Shown here piece by piece: positions 1-10,153 of a stretch of DNA of 33,403 bases. The stretch is from Gemmatimonadota bacterium (lineage in GTDB: Bacteria; Gemmatimonadota; Gemmatimonadetes; Gemmatimonadales; GWC2-71-9), in NCBI GenBank assembly GCA_003221005.1, contig QHTZ01000061.1, positions 1 to 33,403 of the forward strand. Direction: 5' to 3'. Under the pieces are notes generated by a model. It was given only the letters and a program-made list of their open reading frames with translations, did not search any database and was not told where the DNA came from. Position 1 is the first letter of the stretch. Each line of letters opens with the position of its first letter. The translations under genes and the position numbers were made by a program.

Positions 1-1260
1 GGGTTCAAGGGCGCCACGGTGCAGTGGACGGTGACGGCGGGCTCAGCCACGTTGACGGCACCGTTCTCCGTCTCGGATGACACAGGTTATGCAGTCATGG
101 CCGTCACGCCGACTGCGATCACGACGCCCGGAGGATTGGCCGTGCAGGCGGTGGTCGGCGGACTGCAGGGCTCGCCTGTCACGTTCACGGCGACCGCGAT
201 CGCCGGCACGATTCAAACGGTGACCGTCACCCCGAAGGTCGACACGATCGCGAACGGCGCCACGCTCCAGTACACGGCGATCGCCAAGGACGCAGTTGGA
301 AACGTCGTGAACACGACGTTCGGCTGGACCTCGACCGCCCCGTCGATCGCGACGGTGACCGCCACGACGGGTCAGGCGACGGCCTTGGCGGGAGATTCAA
401 CGCGGATCATCGCGACGGCGGGCGGCATCGCGGACACGGCCTGGCTGTACGTGCGCGCCCTGAAGACCCTCACCCTGAGCCCCGCGGACACCGTGATCAC
501 GGCGCTGGGCGACGTCATCCAGCTCCGGTACTCGGCGCTCGACAACTTCGGCGCCCCGATCACGAGCGGCCTGAACATCCGCTACCTCACGGCCACGCCG
601 AACCTTGCCGAGGTCGACCCGCTCAGCGGGCTCGTGACTGTCACGGGTCCCGGGAAGGCAGTGATCCTGGCTCGGGACGCGGTTGCCACGAGCGATTCGC
701 TGGTGATCGGATCGGCCACGCTGCAGGTGAATCAGGTGGTCGCTGGCGTCGTCAACACGCCCCGAGGCGATACACTTCTGCCCGTCGGCGTGTTGGGCCA
801 GAGCCAGATCGTGGCGAGGGCGTTCGACCGGAACGGCTACACGGTTCCCAACACCACGTTCGGATGGACGTCGCGCGACCTTCGCTTCGCCACGGTGAGC
901 CCTACGGGGGTTGTTACGGGCGTGGCCCTGGGCGCCGCATACGTTGTGGACTCTGTAGGCGACCTCAAGGACTCAACCCACGTATCGGTCGTGGCGGCGC
1001 CCGGGAGCGCTCTCGTCAAGATGGTGGCGCCGACTAGCTTCAGCCCCGCCAGCGTTACGATCGGCAGCGGAGAGTCTGTCACTTGGCAGAATAACGACGA
1101 CGTGAACCACACGACGACCTCAGCCACGAGCGTGTGGGACAGCGGCACGATGACGCCCGGCCAGACGTACACGGTCTACTTCCCCACGCCCGGGGTGTAT
1201 CTCTACCACTGCGCGATTCATGGCGCGCTGTTCATGAGCGGGACGATTATCGTCCAGTAG
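1..1260 (+). CDS. Surface/secreted protein with tandem Ig-like (Big_2-type) repeats and a C-terminal cupredoxin (plastocyanin-like) domain; 5'-truncated
   Basis: Frame 1 is open from base 1. Thr/Val-rich repeats (VTVTP...WTS...ATV...G.VT). C-terminal FSPASVTI..GESVTWQN...H...YHCAIH...M type-1 copper ligand pattern. Confidence 0.85.
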   Translation, partial: GFKGATVQWTVTAGSATLTAPFSVSDDTGYAVMAVTPTAITTPGGLAVQAVVGGLQGSPVTFTATAIAGTIQTVTVTPKVDTIANGATLQYTAIAKDAVGNVVNTTFGWTSTAPSIATVTATTGQATALAGDSTRIIATAGGIADTAWLYVRALKTLTLSPADTVITALGDVIQLRYSALDNFGAPITSGLNIRYLTATPNLAEVDPLSGLVTVTGPGKAVILARDAVATSDSLVIGSATLQVNQVVAGVVNTPRGDTLLPVGVLGQSQIVARAFDRNGYTVPNTTFGWTSRDLRFATVSPTGVVTGVALGAAYVVDSVGDLKDSTHVSVVAAPGSALVKMVAPTSFSPASVTIGSGESVTWQNNDDVNHTTTSATSVWDSGTMTPGQTYTVYFPTPGVYLYHCAIHGALFMSGTIIVQ

Positions 1261-1273
1261 CCTAGTTTGTCGC

Positions 1274-2968
1274 TCAGACCCTAAACCCCTTCACCAATCC
1301 CCGCAGCTTCTCGGCCGCCTGGACCAGTTGTCCGGCGGTCGCCGCCATCTCCTCGGTCGACGCCCCCTGCTGCTCCGCGGCGGCGCTCACCTGCTCCGCG
1401 CTCGAGGCGTGGGCGTCCGCCTGGCTAGTCGCCTGGTGCGCCCGCTCCTGGAGCCGCTCGGTGACCTCGCGGTTCTGCTGAGCGACTTGCGCGACGCGGG
1501 CAGCGGCCTGTTCGACCTGCTCCACGGCGGCCGCGATCTCCGCCAGGCCGCGGGCGGCCCCGCCCGCCACGTCCTCGATCCCCCGCACCTTCGCCGTGCC
1601 CGCCGCCATCGTGGCCGTGACGTCTTCGACCTGGTCCCGGATCGCGTTCGTGGTGTGGGTGACGTCCTCGGCGGCGCGAGCCGACTCGTCGGCGAGCTGC
1701 CGCACCTCTTCCGCGACCACCGCGAAGCCGCGCCCGTGCTCTCCCGCCCGCGCCGCCTCGATCGCCGCGTTCAGGGCGAGCAGGTTGGTCTGCGACGAGA
1801 TGCGCCGGATGAGGTCCACGAAGTCGTCGATCGCAGCCGTCTGCTGGGCGAGCTGCGCCACCTGCTTCGAAGTCGTCTGGACGACCTCGCGCACGTCGAG
1901 CAGCACGCTCGACGCCGAGGCCACGTCGCCCCGATGCCGGTTCGCCACGGTCCGGATCTGCTCCCCGAGCGACGCGACGCGCTCTGCCGCCTCCGCCATC
2001 TCGGCCGTGGCCTGCCGCAGGCGTTCGAGACCCGCGGCGACGGCGTCGAGCTCGCCGCGCTGGTCCTGGGCGCCCTTGGACATGTCGACCATGGCGGTCG
2101 CGACCTCGCTCGCCGAAGCGGCAAGCTGCTCGCTGATCGCTGAGAGGTCGGCCGCCGAAGCCGCGATCCGGTCCGATTCCCCGATCACGTCGGCGACGAT
2201 GCCGCGGAGCCGATCGCCCATCTGGCGCATGGCGTCCGCGAGAACCTGGATTTCGTGGGGCATGCGGCCGGTCGTGACGGGACGCAGGTCGGCTTCCCCG
2301 AACCGCTCCGCCGCGACGACGATCCGGCCGAGGGGGCCCTCCACAGCCTGGAGTGTCCAGTATCCCGCGAGCACCGTCGCGACGACGGCCACGACGAGGC
2401 CAAGGTACAGGTACACCTCCCAGCGCCCCGTCTGTGCCGCCAGGCCCTGCTCCGCTCGGCGCGCCTTCTGCGCGAGGTCGGCGGTCAGCGTGCGCACGAG
2501 CCGCGTGAGCTCCGCTGCCGGGTCGAGCACCGCGGCCGCGCGCCCGCGCGCCTCGGCCTCGCGTCCCAGGTCCCGCAACGCGTGAGCCATCGCGTACCCG
2601 ACCTCGATCGAGCCATGGAGCTGCCGGATGCGGTTGATCGCGAGCCGCTGCTCGAGAGTCAGCCCCGGGACGCGCTCGAGCTCTCGGGAGAAGTCGAAGC
2701 TGCGGTCGGCCGCGTCCTGAAACTGCGAGCGCAGCTCCGCCGAGGGTGTCGCCAGGTACTGCTGCCCTGCGTTGATCTCCTGGAACACGCCCGCCACGAG
2801 TCCGTTGCTGACGTCGCCGGAGCGCCGCACCGCCTCGAGCTGCGCCGCGTCCGAGCGCCGCACCGTCCGCAGGGCGTACGCGCTGAACACGGACATGCAG
2901 ACGACCGTGCCGCCGAGCAGCGTGAGGCCCCCCAGAATGCGAATGCGGATCGTGTCGAGTGGCCTCAC
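1274..2968 (-). CDS. Methyl-accepting chemotaxis protein
   Basis: Two TM helices around a helical periplasmic domain, HAMP-like segment, and signalling signature [40 protein letters not shown] start overlaps the upstream stop. Confidence 0.95.
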   Translation of the reverse strand: MRPLDTIRIRILGGLTLLGGTVVCMSVFSAYALRTVRRSDAAQLEAVRRSGDVSNGLVAGVFQEINAGQQYLATPSAELRSQFQDAADRSFDFSRELERVPGLTLEQRLAINRIRQLHGSIEVGYAMAHALRDLGREAEARGRAAAVLDPAAELTRLVRTLTADLAQKARRAEQGLAAQTGRWEVYLYLGLVVAVVATVLAGYWTLQAVEGPLGRIVVAAERFGEADLRPVTTGRMPHEIQVLADAMRQMGDRLRGIVADVIGESDRIAASAADLSAISEQLAASASEVATAMVDMSKGAQDQRGELDAVAAGLERLRQATAEMAEAAERVASLGEQIRTVANRHRGDVASASSVLLDVREVVQTTSKQVAQLAQQTAAIDDFVDLIRRISSQTNLLALNAAIEAARAGEHGRGFAVVAEEVRQLADESARAAEDVTHTTNAIRDQVEDVTATMAAGTAKVRGIEDVAGGAARGLAEIAAAVEQVEQAAARVAQVAQQNREVTERLQERAHQATSQADAHASSAEQVSAAAEQQGASTEEMAATAGQLVQAAEKLRGLVKGFRV

Positions 2969-4083
2969 TGGCTCCCTTCGGTCACCAGCCGGCCACTCCG
3001 CACCACCCCGATGACCACGCTCTTCGACGGCACGTTCCCGGTCGTGTCGAAAGCGATCTTGCCGGTCACGCCGTCGAAGGCCGCGACCCCCCGGCCGACC
3101 TCCGCGAGGTAGTTTCGGACGGCTGCGCGGTCAGGGCCGACCGCGGCGATCGCCTGGGTGAGCAGGAGGACGGCGTCATAGGCCCCGGCGCCGCGATGAT
3201 CGGGGCGCTCCCCGGGATGCGCTCGGGCGTAATCAGCCACGAATGTCGCGTTGCGCTCCCCCGGCCGGTCCGGGAGATAGGCGGAGGCGAGGTACACGCC
3301 CTCCGCGAGGGGGCCCGCGGCTTCGATCCCGGTGAGGGCATCGCCGCCCACCAACTGCCAGCGGATGCCGAGCGCCTTCAGCTCGCGGAGCGCCAGCTCG
3401 GCGCCCGGCCGCTCGGCGGCGAGCATCAGCACATCGATCCCGGCGCGCCGCAGCCTCGCCAGGTAGGGCTCGAGCGACGGGGTGCTGGAGACGTAGGGAT
3501 CAGCCTCCACCACGGTCCCGCCAAGCCGCGCGAAATCGGCCCCGAAGGCGTTGCGCACCCCGCGCCCGTAATCGTTGTTCACGAAGATGACGCCGGCACG
3601 GCGCGCACCGAGCGCTCGCCAGGCGAACCGCGCCAGGGCCCCCCCGTAGCTCACGTCGGTGGGGCAAATGCGGAAGATGTAGGGGCTGATCCCGCTCAGC
3701 TCGGGACTGGAAGCGGAAGGGGAAATCATCACGAGGGGGTGGCCGGCAGCGCCGTACACCTGAGCCGCAGCGATCGACGCGCCCGACGTGAGGTGGCCGA
3801 CCACGGCCACGACGGCGGGGTCGTCGTAAAGCGCCTGCGCGACGCGTACCGCCGCGTCCTCGCTCGCGCTGTCGTCGGCAATGCGGAGCTTGAGGCGACG
3901 GCCCCGCACGCCGCCGCGGGCGTTGATCTGGCTGACGGCGAGCTGCGCGGCCCGCTGCATCGCGGTCCCCCGAGACTGGGAGAACGGGCCTGCGAGACCG
4001 ATCTCGATCGGCTCGCGGGACGTCGAGCAAGCCACGAGCCACAGCGCGGCGCCGAAAGCGGCGAGTCTGTGTGGAGCGATCAC
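2965..4083 (-). CDS. LivK/LivJ-like branched-chain amino acid substrate-binding lipoprotein
   Basis: Lipobox LVAC; [51 protein letters not shown] motifs. Start placed at GTG 4083. Confidence 0.9.
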   Translation of the reverse strand: MIAPHRLAAFGAALWLVACSTSREPIEIGLAGPFSQSRGTAMQRAAQLAVSQINARGGVRGRRLKLRIADDSASEDAAVRVAQALYDDPAVVAVVGHLTSGASIAAAQVYGAAGHPLVMISPSASSPELSGISPYIFRICPTDVSYGGALARFAWRALGARRAGVIFVNNDYGRGVRNAFGADFARLGGTVVEADPYVSSTPSLEPYLARLRRAGIDVLMLAAERPGAELALRELKALGIRWQLVGGDALTGIEAAGPLAEGVYLASAYLPDRPGERNATFVADYARAHPGERPDHRGAGAYDAVLLLTQAIAAVGPDRAAVRNYLAEVGRGVAAFDGVTGKIAFDTTGNVPSKSVVIGVVRSGRLVTEGSQ

Positions 4084-4254
4084 AGTGGTGGAATAACTTA
4101 ACCTTGGCGCGCGCAACAGCTTGGGCCTGCGGTGCGCGATGCACGTCCGCCCACAAGATTTCCACCTGGTTTTCCAGGGCGGTGTGGACAAGTGGGACGG
4201 CATGCCCTGGCATCACCCCTCGCCGCGAGCCCTTCGGGCGGTAGTTTTTCGTAC

Positions 4255-5124
4255 ATGGGTACGATGACAGAGGTAGGGGCAAGGCACGCCGTACCGCTGC
4301 TGTGTCGCTTCGTCGGGGCGCTGGAGAGGTTGCTCAGCGCCCGCGATGCGGCGGCCTTTGAGGCCGTGTGGTCGGCGCACGACCTCGACCAGCTAGGATG
4401 GGAGGCGCTGGCGCTCGCCCGCCGCGCGGACGCGGAACGGCTGGAACTCCCTCTGGCGCAGCTTGACCGGCGGCTCCTCGCCGTACTGGAGCGCACGCGG
4501 GGGTTTCTCGAGCCCCACCTGGTGACGTTCCGTGTGCCCGAGGTGGAGCGGTGGCAGCACGCCGCGGCGGCGGCCCTGGTGGGCGCGCGCTGGGGCGTGG
4601 CGGGTCTACGCACCGTCGTGGCCGATACGCAGGCGCCGCTCGCCCGGCGCTACTTCGCGTTCCTGGGACTCGCCGAGCGACATCCCGCAGGCGCGTGGCC
4701 GCTGTTCGAGCGGTATCTCCTCACGCCGGGTGCGCACCACGCCTTCGTGGCGGCGGCGGTGGAAGCGGCGCGCTACTACCCCGGTCGGGCGAACGTGCTG
4801 GTCCGGCTGTTCGAACGCATCCGGGGCGACCAGATGTTGCGGCGTTTCCTGGGCCCGAAGATCCTCGCGTCGCTCTACGTCCTCAGCGAGCCCGGGAGCC
4901 TGCCGTTGCTCGAAGGGCTCCTGGTGACGGGCCACACCGACGCCGACGTGGATCGCTGCGAGGTGACCCGCGCGCTGGTCGCAGTGCGCAAGCTGACCGG
5001 CCGCGTGGCGCCGAGCACGAAGTTCGGCGAGGCCGACGTGCCGGCGGTCCGCCGTGCGCTCGACGATGCCGAGCGTCTGTTCGACGCCGAGCGCGACAGC
5101 ATCATGCCGGTGACGGTGATCTAG
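4255..5124 (+). CDS. Hypothetical alpha-helical protein (possibly HEAT-like)
   Basis: 289-aa ORF with normal GC3 bias and amphipathic helices. TAGTTT -10-like hexamer 7 nt upstream of ATG 4255. Confidence 0.75.
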   Translation: MGTMTEVGARHAVPLLCRFVGALERLLSARDAAAFEAVWSAHDLDQLGWEALALARRADAERLELPLAQLDRRLLAVLERTRGFLEPHLVTFRVPEVERWQHAAAAALVGARWGVAGLRTVVADTQAPLARRYFAFLGLAERHPAGAWPLFERYLLTPGAHHAFVAAAVEAARYYPGRANVLVRLFERIRGDQMLRRFLGPKILASLYVLSEPGSLPLLEGLLVTGHTDADVDRCEVTRALVAVRKLTGRVAPSTKFGEADVPAVRRALDDAERLFDAERDSIMPVTVI

Positions 5125-5841
5125 GGTCGGACGCCCTTCAGCACAAACGCCCACACTTTGTCCCGGTACACCGTCCCCCCCACGTCGTACGTATCGTTGT
5201 GGCCGGCGCCCGCGATCGCGACGAGCTCCGCTGGTCCGGGCGCGGCAGCGGCGACGCGCCTGCCCATCTCGATCGGCGCCAAGCGGTCGGCGGTGCCGTG
5301 GAACACCAGCACTGGACAGCGGACGCGGCGGATCTCGGTCTCGTTGTCGAGACGGAGGTGCAGCAAGAGGCGGGGGAAGATCCGGTAATGGAGGCGCGCC
5401 ATGTCCCGCGCGCTCGTGAACGGCGATTCGAGGATGAGTCCCGCGACCGGGTGACGCGCCGCCGTGTGGACGGCGACGGCCTTCGCTCCCGCCGTATCCG
5501 GGGTAGTCGACGACCAGCAGCGCGGTCCCCGGGGGCTGGAAGTGCCGCACGACGGGCCAGATCGTCGCGATGTTCTCGCCATTGCCGTAGAACCACAACA
5601 AGCCAGGCGAGGGCGCTGGTGGTCGGTGGAGGACAGTCGGACCTAGGTACCAGCCCGCCAGCTTCGTTCCGTCGGACAGCGCGACTTCGACGCGTTCCCC
5701 GTTCCCCACCCCGAGGGTCCGCGGATCCGGCACGGCGCCACGCGGCGCCGGGAACGCGAGGCGGTCCTGGAGCAGCCAGCCGAGCAACACCAGGACGACG
5801 TACGCCAGAGCGAGCCCCGCGCCGAAACGCACCGCGAGCAT
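5121..5841 (-). pseudogene. Alpha/beta hydrolase (ABHD13/17-like) with internal deletion and frameshift
   Basis: N-half (TM; LLWFYGNGEN; VDYPGYGGSEG) and C-half (AVAV..AGLILESPFTS; PVLVFHGTAD; GAGHND) are in different frames, joined at ~5480. The G-x-S-x-G segment is absent. Confidence 0.85.
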
Positions 5842-5910
5842 GGCCCAAGATAACTCCCGCGTCGTCGCGACTGTTGCTCTTTGGGGCATGCGCAGCGAAT
5901 CTTTGGAGCC

Positions 5911-7581
5911 GTGACGACGCCGCTCCACTGTCCCGCGTGCCGCGCCGAGCTACCGCTCGGCTCCGCGTTCTGCCCGGCGTGCGGCAATCCGTCGCCCACG
6001 GTGATCTCGAGCGAGCGGGCGGCGGCGGCCCCGACCCCAACGGCGCCCCCGACTGCCCAGCCGACGGTCGAGCGCCTTGCCCGGGCGCTGGGGCCCAAAT
6101 ACCAGGTCAAGAAGCTGGTCGGCCGCGGCGGGTTCGCGGAGGTATACGAGCTGTGGGACGTAGACCTCGACCGGCGCCTCGCTTGTAAGGTCCTGCATCC
6201 CGAGATCGCGTGGACGCCGGGGATGATCGCGCGCTTCCGCCAGGAAGCGAAGGCGCTGGCGCGGCTCCAACATCCCGCCATCCTCGCGATTCATTTCGCC
6301 GGCGACGGCGAAGGCCTGGTCTACTACGTCATGCCGTTCGTCGAGGGCGAGTCGCTCGCCGACGCGCTGCGGCGCCGTGGCATGGTTTCCGCCGACGACG
6401 CCTTCAAGATCTGCGAGCCGATTCTCCAGGCGCTCGCGCACGCCCACGCGCAAGGGTTGGTGCACCGCGACATCAAGCCGGACAACGTGATGCTCGAAGG
6501 CAAGACCGGACGCGCCCTGCTCGTCGACTTCGGGATCGCGAAGCTGCTCGACCCGAACGCCGGCGGCGCCAAGACCGCGACCGGGTTCACCGTTGGCACC
6601 GTCCAGTACATGAGTCCGGAGCAGGCCCTCGGGCAAGCGGACTTGGACGGGCGGAGCGACCTGTACGCCTTCGGGGCGATGCTGTTCCAGATGGTGACCG
6701 GCGCGCCTCCCTACGATGGCAAGTCGAGCGCCGAGATCGTCGGCAAGCACTTGGCCGACCCGATTCCGGTCGCGAGCGACGTGAACACCAAGATCCCTCG
6801 CTGGTTGTCGGACGTGGTGCTCCGCTGCCTGGCCAAGAAGCCGGAGGACCGCTTTCAGACGGCGGACGAGGTGCTTGCGGCCCTCCAGGAGGGCCGGGCG
6901 TCGGGTTCCACGCGGGTCGTGGGCGCGGGGAGTCTGGAGCGGAAAGTGCGGCGGTCCCGGGAGACACGTTTGCAGGTGCGCGCGTGGGGGTGGGGCGGGC
7001 TTGCGGGGGTCGTGGTCGGGGCGCTCGGGCTGTGGTACGCGGGGCGCCAGGGGTACGTCGGGCCGCCGGTCGTGTGGGCGCACAACGGACTCGTGGAGCC
7101 GGCGGAGATCCTGCGCAACGGCAGGCCGGTGGACACGCTGGCTCCGGACGCCATGGCCCGGCTGCGTGTCCGGCCTGGCGCCGTGGCCCAGGTTCGCTGG
7201 CGGCTCGTGCGGCCCGGAAACCCACCGTTGGGAGAGCCGATGGAGGGATCGATGACGCTGCCGCCGCGTACCGTAGGGCGCCGCGTGTGGCACCTCACGG
7301 CAGAGGCGGAGGGCCAGCGGTACTTCGCGCCCCTCATCACAAACACTACGCCGTCGGATATCACGCTGGAGGTGAATCCCGGCACCGCGGCCGCTGTCCG
7401 GTGCAACTGTCTGGTGCCTCGCGGTGCCGTGCGGTCCCACATCGGCTATTACCGCCTCTTTGCCAACTCGGGGCTGGCCGCCTACAACGCCGCCCACCCG
7501 TACGCAGGTCCGCACGCCGACCGGAGCGACTTCGCGACCCGGGTAGCGCCGCGGAGCGGCGTGGTCGTGCTGACCTACTGA
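5911..7581 (+). CDS. Hanks-type Ser/Thr protein kinase with N-terminal zinc ribbon, TM helix and extracellular C-terminal domain
   Basis: CPAC..CPAC; GRGGFAEVY; ACKVL; HRDIKPDN; DFGIAK; GTVQYMSPEQ; DLYAFG. GGAG precedes GTG 5911. Confidence 0.95.
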   Translation: MTTPLHCPACRAELPLGSAFCPACGNPSPTVISSERAAAAPTPTAPPTAQPTVERLARALGPKYQVKKLVGRGGFAEVYELWDVDLDRRLACKVLHPEIAWTPGMIARFRQEAKALARLQHPAILAIHFAGDGEGLVYYVMPFVEGESLADALRRRGMVSADDAFKICEPILQALAHAHAQGLVHRDIKPDNVMLEGKTGRALLVDFGIAKLLDPNAGGAKTATGFTVGTVQYMSPEQALGQADLDGRSDLYAFGAMLFQMVTGAPPYDGKSSAEIVGKHLADPIPVASDVNTKIPRWLSDVVLRCLAKKPEDRFQTADEVLAALQEGRASGSTRVVGAGSLERKVRRSRETRLQVRAWGWGGLAGVVVGALGLWYAGRQGYVGPPVVWAHNGLVEPAEILRNGRPVDTLAPDAMARLRVRPGAVAQVRWRLVRPGNPPLGEPMEGSMTLPPRTVGRRVWHLTAEAEGQRYFAPLITNTTPSDITLEVNPGTAAAVRCNCLVPRGAVRSHIGYYRLFANSGLAAYNAAHPYAGPHADRSDFATRVAPRSGVVVLTY

Positions 7582-7584
7582 GCA

Positions 7585-8529
7585 GTGACCACGGCCTCCG
7601 AGGCGCGCGACGCGGACCTCGTGACTCGGGCCCGGGCGGCGCTACTCGGGCTCGTGGCCGGCAACCAGCTCGGTGTGCCCACGGAGGGTATGGGCACGCC
7701 GGAGGCGATCCGCGAGGCGTTCCCCGGCGGCGTGCGCGACCTCGCCCCCCCGCCCGCGGGTTCCCCATTCGACGACGACGCGGCCATGACGCTCGACCTG
7801 GCGGAGTCCCTGCTGGCGCAGGGGGATTTCGACGCCACCGACGTCGCCGCGCGCTGGGTGCGCTGGATGAACGCGGGCGGTCGCGGGATCGGGTCGACCA
7901 CGCGGAGCGCGCTGCGATTGATCGAGCAGGGCAGCGAGCCGTTCGAGGCCGGCCGCCTCGCTCGCGCTGCAAACCCCCACGGCTCGGCAGGCAACGGCGC
8001 CGTGATGCGCTGCATTCCGGTGGCGCTGCGCTACCACGGCAACGTCGAAAAGCTGATCCGCGTGTCGACCCAGCAGGCCGCCATCACGCATGCGGACGAG
8101 CGTTGTACGTGGGGGGCCGCGGCCGTGAACCTCGCCGCCCGTGAGCTGCTGCACGGCAACCGCTATTTCGTGGAAGAGGTCCTGCACCGCCTCGCGGACC
8201 GCGCGCCGCGGGCGCTCCTCGAAGCCATCCGCCGCGTCCCGTGGGAGGAGGAGGGCGCGCTGCCGATCACTGTGGCGCGAGAGGCCGGGTACGTCGTGCA
8301 CTGCGTTGAAATCGCGTTCTGGTGCGCCGTGCACCGGCCCTCGCTCGAAGACGCGCTGATATCCCTCGCCGAAGCCGGCGGTGACACGGACACGAATGCG
8401 GCGGTGGCGGGTGCGTTGCTGGGTGCTCGAGATGGCGAAACGGCGATACCGCCGCGGTGGCGGGATCAGCTGGTGAACGGTGCGGGGATCGCGGAGCTGG
8501 CCGAGCGGTTGGCCCGGGCGGGGCTATGA
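7585..8529 (+). CDS. ADP-ribosylglycohydrolase (DraG/ARH family)
   Basis: LLGLVAGNQLG..E; FDDD; GRGIG.TT; SAGNGAVMR..P; AAITHAD; GGDTDTNAAVAGALLGA..G..AIP..W. Confidence 0.92.
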   Translation: MTTASEARDADLVTRARAALLGLVAGNQLGVPTEGMGTPEAIREAFPGGVRDLAPPPAGSPFDDDAAMTLDLAESLLAQGDFDATDVAARWVRWMNAGGRGIGSTTRSALRLIEQGSEPFEAGRLARAANPHGSAGNGAVMRCIPVALRYHGNVEKLIRVSTQQAAITHADERCTWGAAAVNLAARELLHGNRYFVEEVLHRLADRAPRALLEAIRRVPWEEEGALPITVAREAGYVVHCVEIAFWCAVHRPSLEDALISLAEAGGDTDTNAAVAGALLGARDGETAIPPRWRDQLVNGAGIAELAERLARAGL

Positions 8530-9060
8530 CTTGCGGCGCGCGCCCGGCGTCACGAACCGGCTGATCCGGTCCATCACAGTGTAGTCGGTGAGCGTGATCG
8601 ACACCCAACGCGCGCTGGCGCGGCCCCGCCAGCTGAAGCGCACCGCCTGCCGTCCGTAGCGCCACTCCCACATGCCCCTCTTGACGACCCGAGGCCGCCC
8701 GTACACGCGGGTCAGGTGCCGCCTGGTGGCATCCACCAACCGAACGCCCCGATTGTCGCCGAATCCCGCGGAATCGTACAGCGCCACGACGTCCGCGTTG
8801 CCGTCGATGAAATGAGCGCTCAGGTAGAAGCGTGCGCTGTCGGCCGGGTCGCGCATCGCGACGCCGCACTCCATGATGCGAGCAGTGTTAGTCGATGTGT
8901 TGCACCGCAGCATGTCCCGGTCGGACAGCGCGCGCGCCCGCGCGGCGAACTCACGATACCCCATCCCCGGCGCGAACCCGCGGTACAGGGGGGCCGGGGC
9001 TTGAGCCGCCAGCGCGACCGTGTGGAGCAGCGCGAGCAGGCCCAGAGCCGTGCGAGTCAT
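8524..9060 (-). CDS. Hypothetical exported protein
   Basis: Signal peptide MTRTALGLLALLHTVALAAQ, two Cys, TATATT 5 nt upstream of the ATG. Confidence 0.75.
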   Translation of the reverse strand: MTRTALGLLALLHTVALAAQAPAPLYRGFAPGMGYREFAARARALSDRDMLRCNTSTNTARIMECGVAMRDPADSARFYLSAHFIDGNADVVALYDSAGFGDNRGVRLVDATRRHLTRVYGRPRVVKRGMWEWRYGRQAVRFSWRGRASARWVSITLTDYTVMDRISRFVTPGARRKS

Positions 9061-9076
9061 GTTGAAATATAGGAAC

Positions 9077-9115
9077 CGAAAACGAAATGGGCCCGGTGCG
9101 CCCGGGCCCGCTTCG
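9077..9115 (-). terminator. Intrinsic terminator of the cold-shock gene
   Basis: GGGCCCGG-5 nt-CCGGGCCC stem followed by ATTTCGTTTTC on the minus strand, just after the csp stop. Confidence 0.75.
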
Positions 9116-9133
9116 ACCGACGGAAGGGACTGC

Positions 9134-9334
9134 TCAAACCTTGCGAACGTTTTGCGCCTGCAAACCCTTGGGACCCTGGGCGACCTCGAACTCCACCGTA
9201 TCGCCCTCGGCGAGGCTGCGGAAGCCTTCCGCCTGGATCGCAGTGAAGTGGACGAACACATCCGGACCCGACTCCTGCGCGATAAAGCCAAAGCCCTTCG
9301 CGTCGTTGAACCACTTCACCTTGCCCTTTGCCAT
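9134..9334 (-). CDS. csp: Cold-shock protein (CspA family)
   Basis: [18 protein letters not shown]...DVFVHFTAI...GFRSL.EG..VEFEV..GPKG.QA.NV (66 aa). Confidence 0.98.
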   Translation of the reverse strand: MAKGKVKWFNDAKGFGFIAQESGPDVFVHFTAIQAEGFRSLAEGDTVEFEVAQGPKGLQAQNVRKV

Positions 9335-9492
9335 ACTGTGCCAAACTCCGAACTGAGGGGCACTGCCCCGGAATAGAACGTCGCTGGTCACCGCGACCAG
9401 AGACGGGCTCAAACAAAAACCGCGAGACCAGTGGTCCTCGCGGTGCGCAGACAAACCGGTGACGGTGCCACGTATTGCTTGAACCGGGGGCA

Positions 9493-9521
9493 AAAGTAGG
9501 GTTCTGTGGCGGCCCTGTCAA
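9493..9521 (-). promoter_or_regulatory. Sigma70 promoter of csp
   Basis: TTGACA (9521-9516), 17-nt spacer, TACTTT (9498-9493). Implies a ~150-nt 5' UTR. Confidence 0.75.
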
Positions 9522-9594
9522 TACCGCTCGCGGCCTAAACGGTCGCCCCTCAGGAGCTTGCGGGCGACACCGCCAACATGCCAGCATCGAAGCA

Positions 9595-10134
9595 TCATTG
9601 CGACACCGTGGGAGATGCCGCCTTGTTGGGCAGGCCGATCGCCGTTCGGAAGTCGCGCAGGGCCGCCTCATAGGCGCGGAGATCGTACAGCAGGCGGGCC
9701 AAGGTAGAGTCGGGTTGCTTCACCGCATCGGCCTCACACTTCGGCGTGAAGCGAATGAGGGTGTCGACCTGCGCGGCGAGGCGGCGCGCCCGGAGCGCGG
9801 TTGAATCCTCGTATGCGGTGGCCTGCATTCTTCCTCTGCCCCTTATCATGAAGCCGCGGGCGGCGCCGCACAGGCCGCCGAGGAGGTGGTCCGCCCGGCG
9901 CCGCCGCAGCGAGTCGCGGCCGGCCATCGTCACGCGGTTCGCAGCGTCCTTTAGCTGGTTGATTCCCCGCCCCACTGTGCGGAGCCCATTCATGAACAGG
10001 GCCTGGGCAGGAGTAGGCACCGTATACAACGGTATCGACTCGGCGCGCGCTGATTCGGGGAGCAGCGGTGGCGCCGGCTGCTGCGCAGCGGCCGAGCCGG
10101 CGATCACGCAGAGCAGCAGGGCGAGGCATCGCAT
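9595..10134 (-). CDS. Hypothetical exported helical protein
   Basis: Signal peptide ending AAA-Q; helical mature region with two Cys. Confidence 0.75.
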   Translation of the reverse strand: MRCLALLLCVIAGSAAAQQPAPPLLPESARAESIPLYTVPTPAQALFMNGLRTVGRGINQLKDAANRVTMAGRDSLRRRRADHLLGGLCGAARGFMIRGRGRMQATAYEDSTALRARRLAAQVDTLIRFTPKCEADAVKQPDSTLARLLYDLRAYEAALRDFRTAIGLPNKAASPTVSQ

Positions 10135-10153
10135 AACATGTTATACTCTCACT
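10133..10153. promoter_or_regulatory. Compact bidirectional -10 element between divergent, probably leaderless genes
   Basis: Palindrome ATAACATGTTAT (10133-10144). TGtTATACT on + is 6 nt before ATG 10154; TATAAC on - is 5 nt before ATG 10134. Confidence 0.55.
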
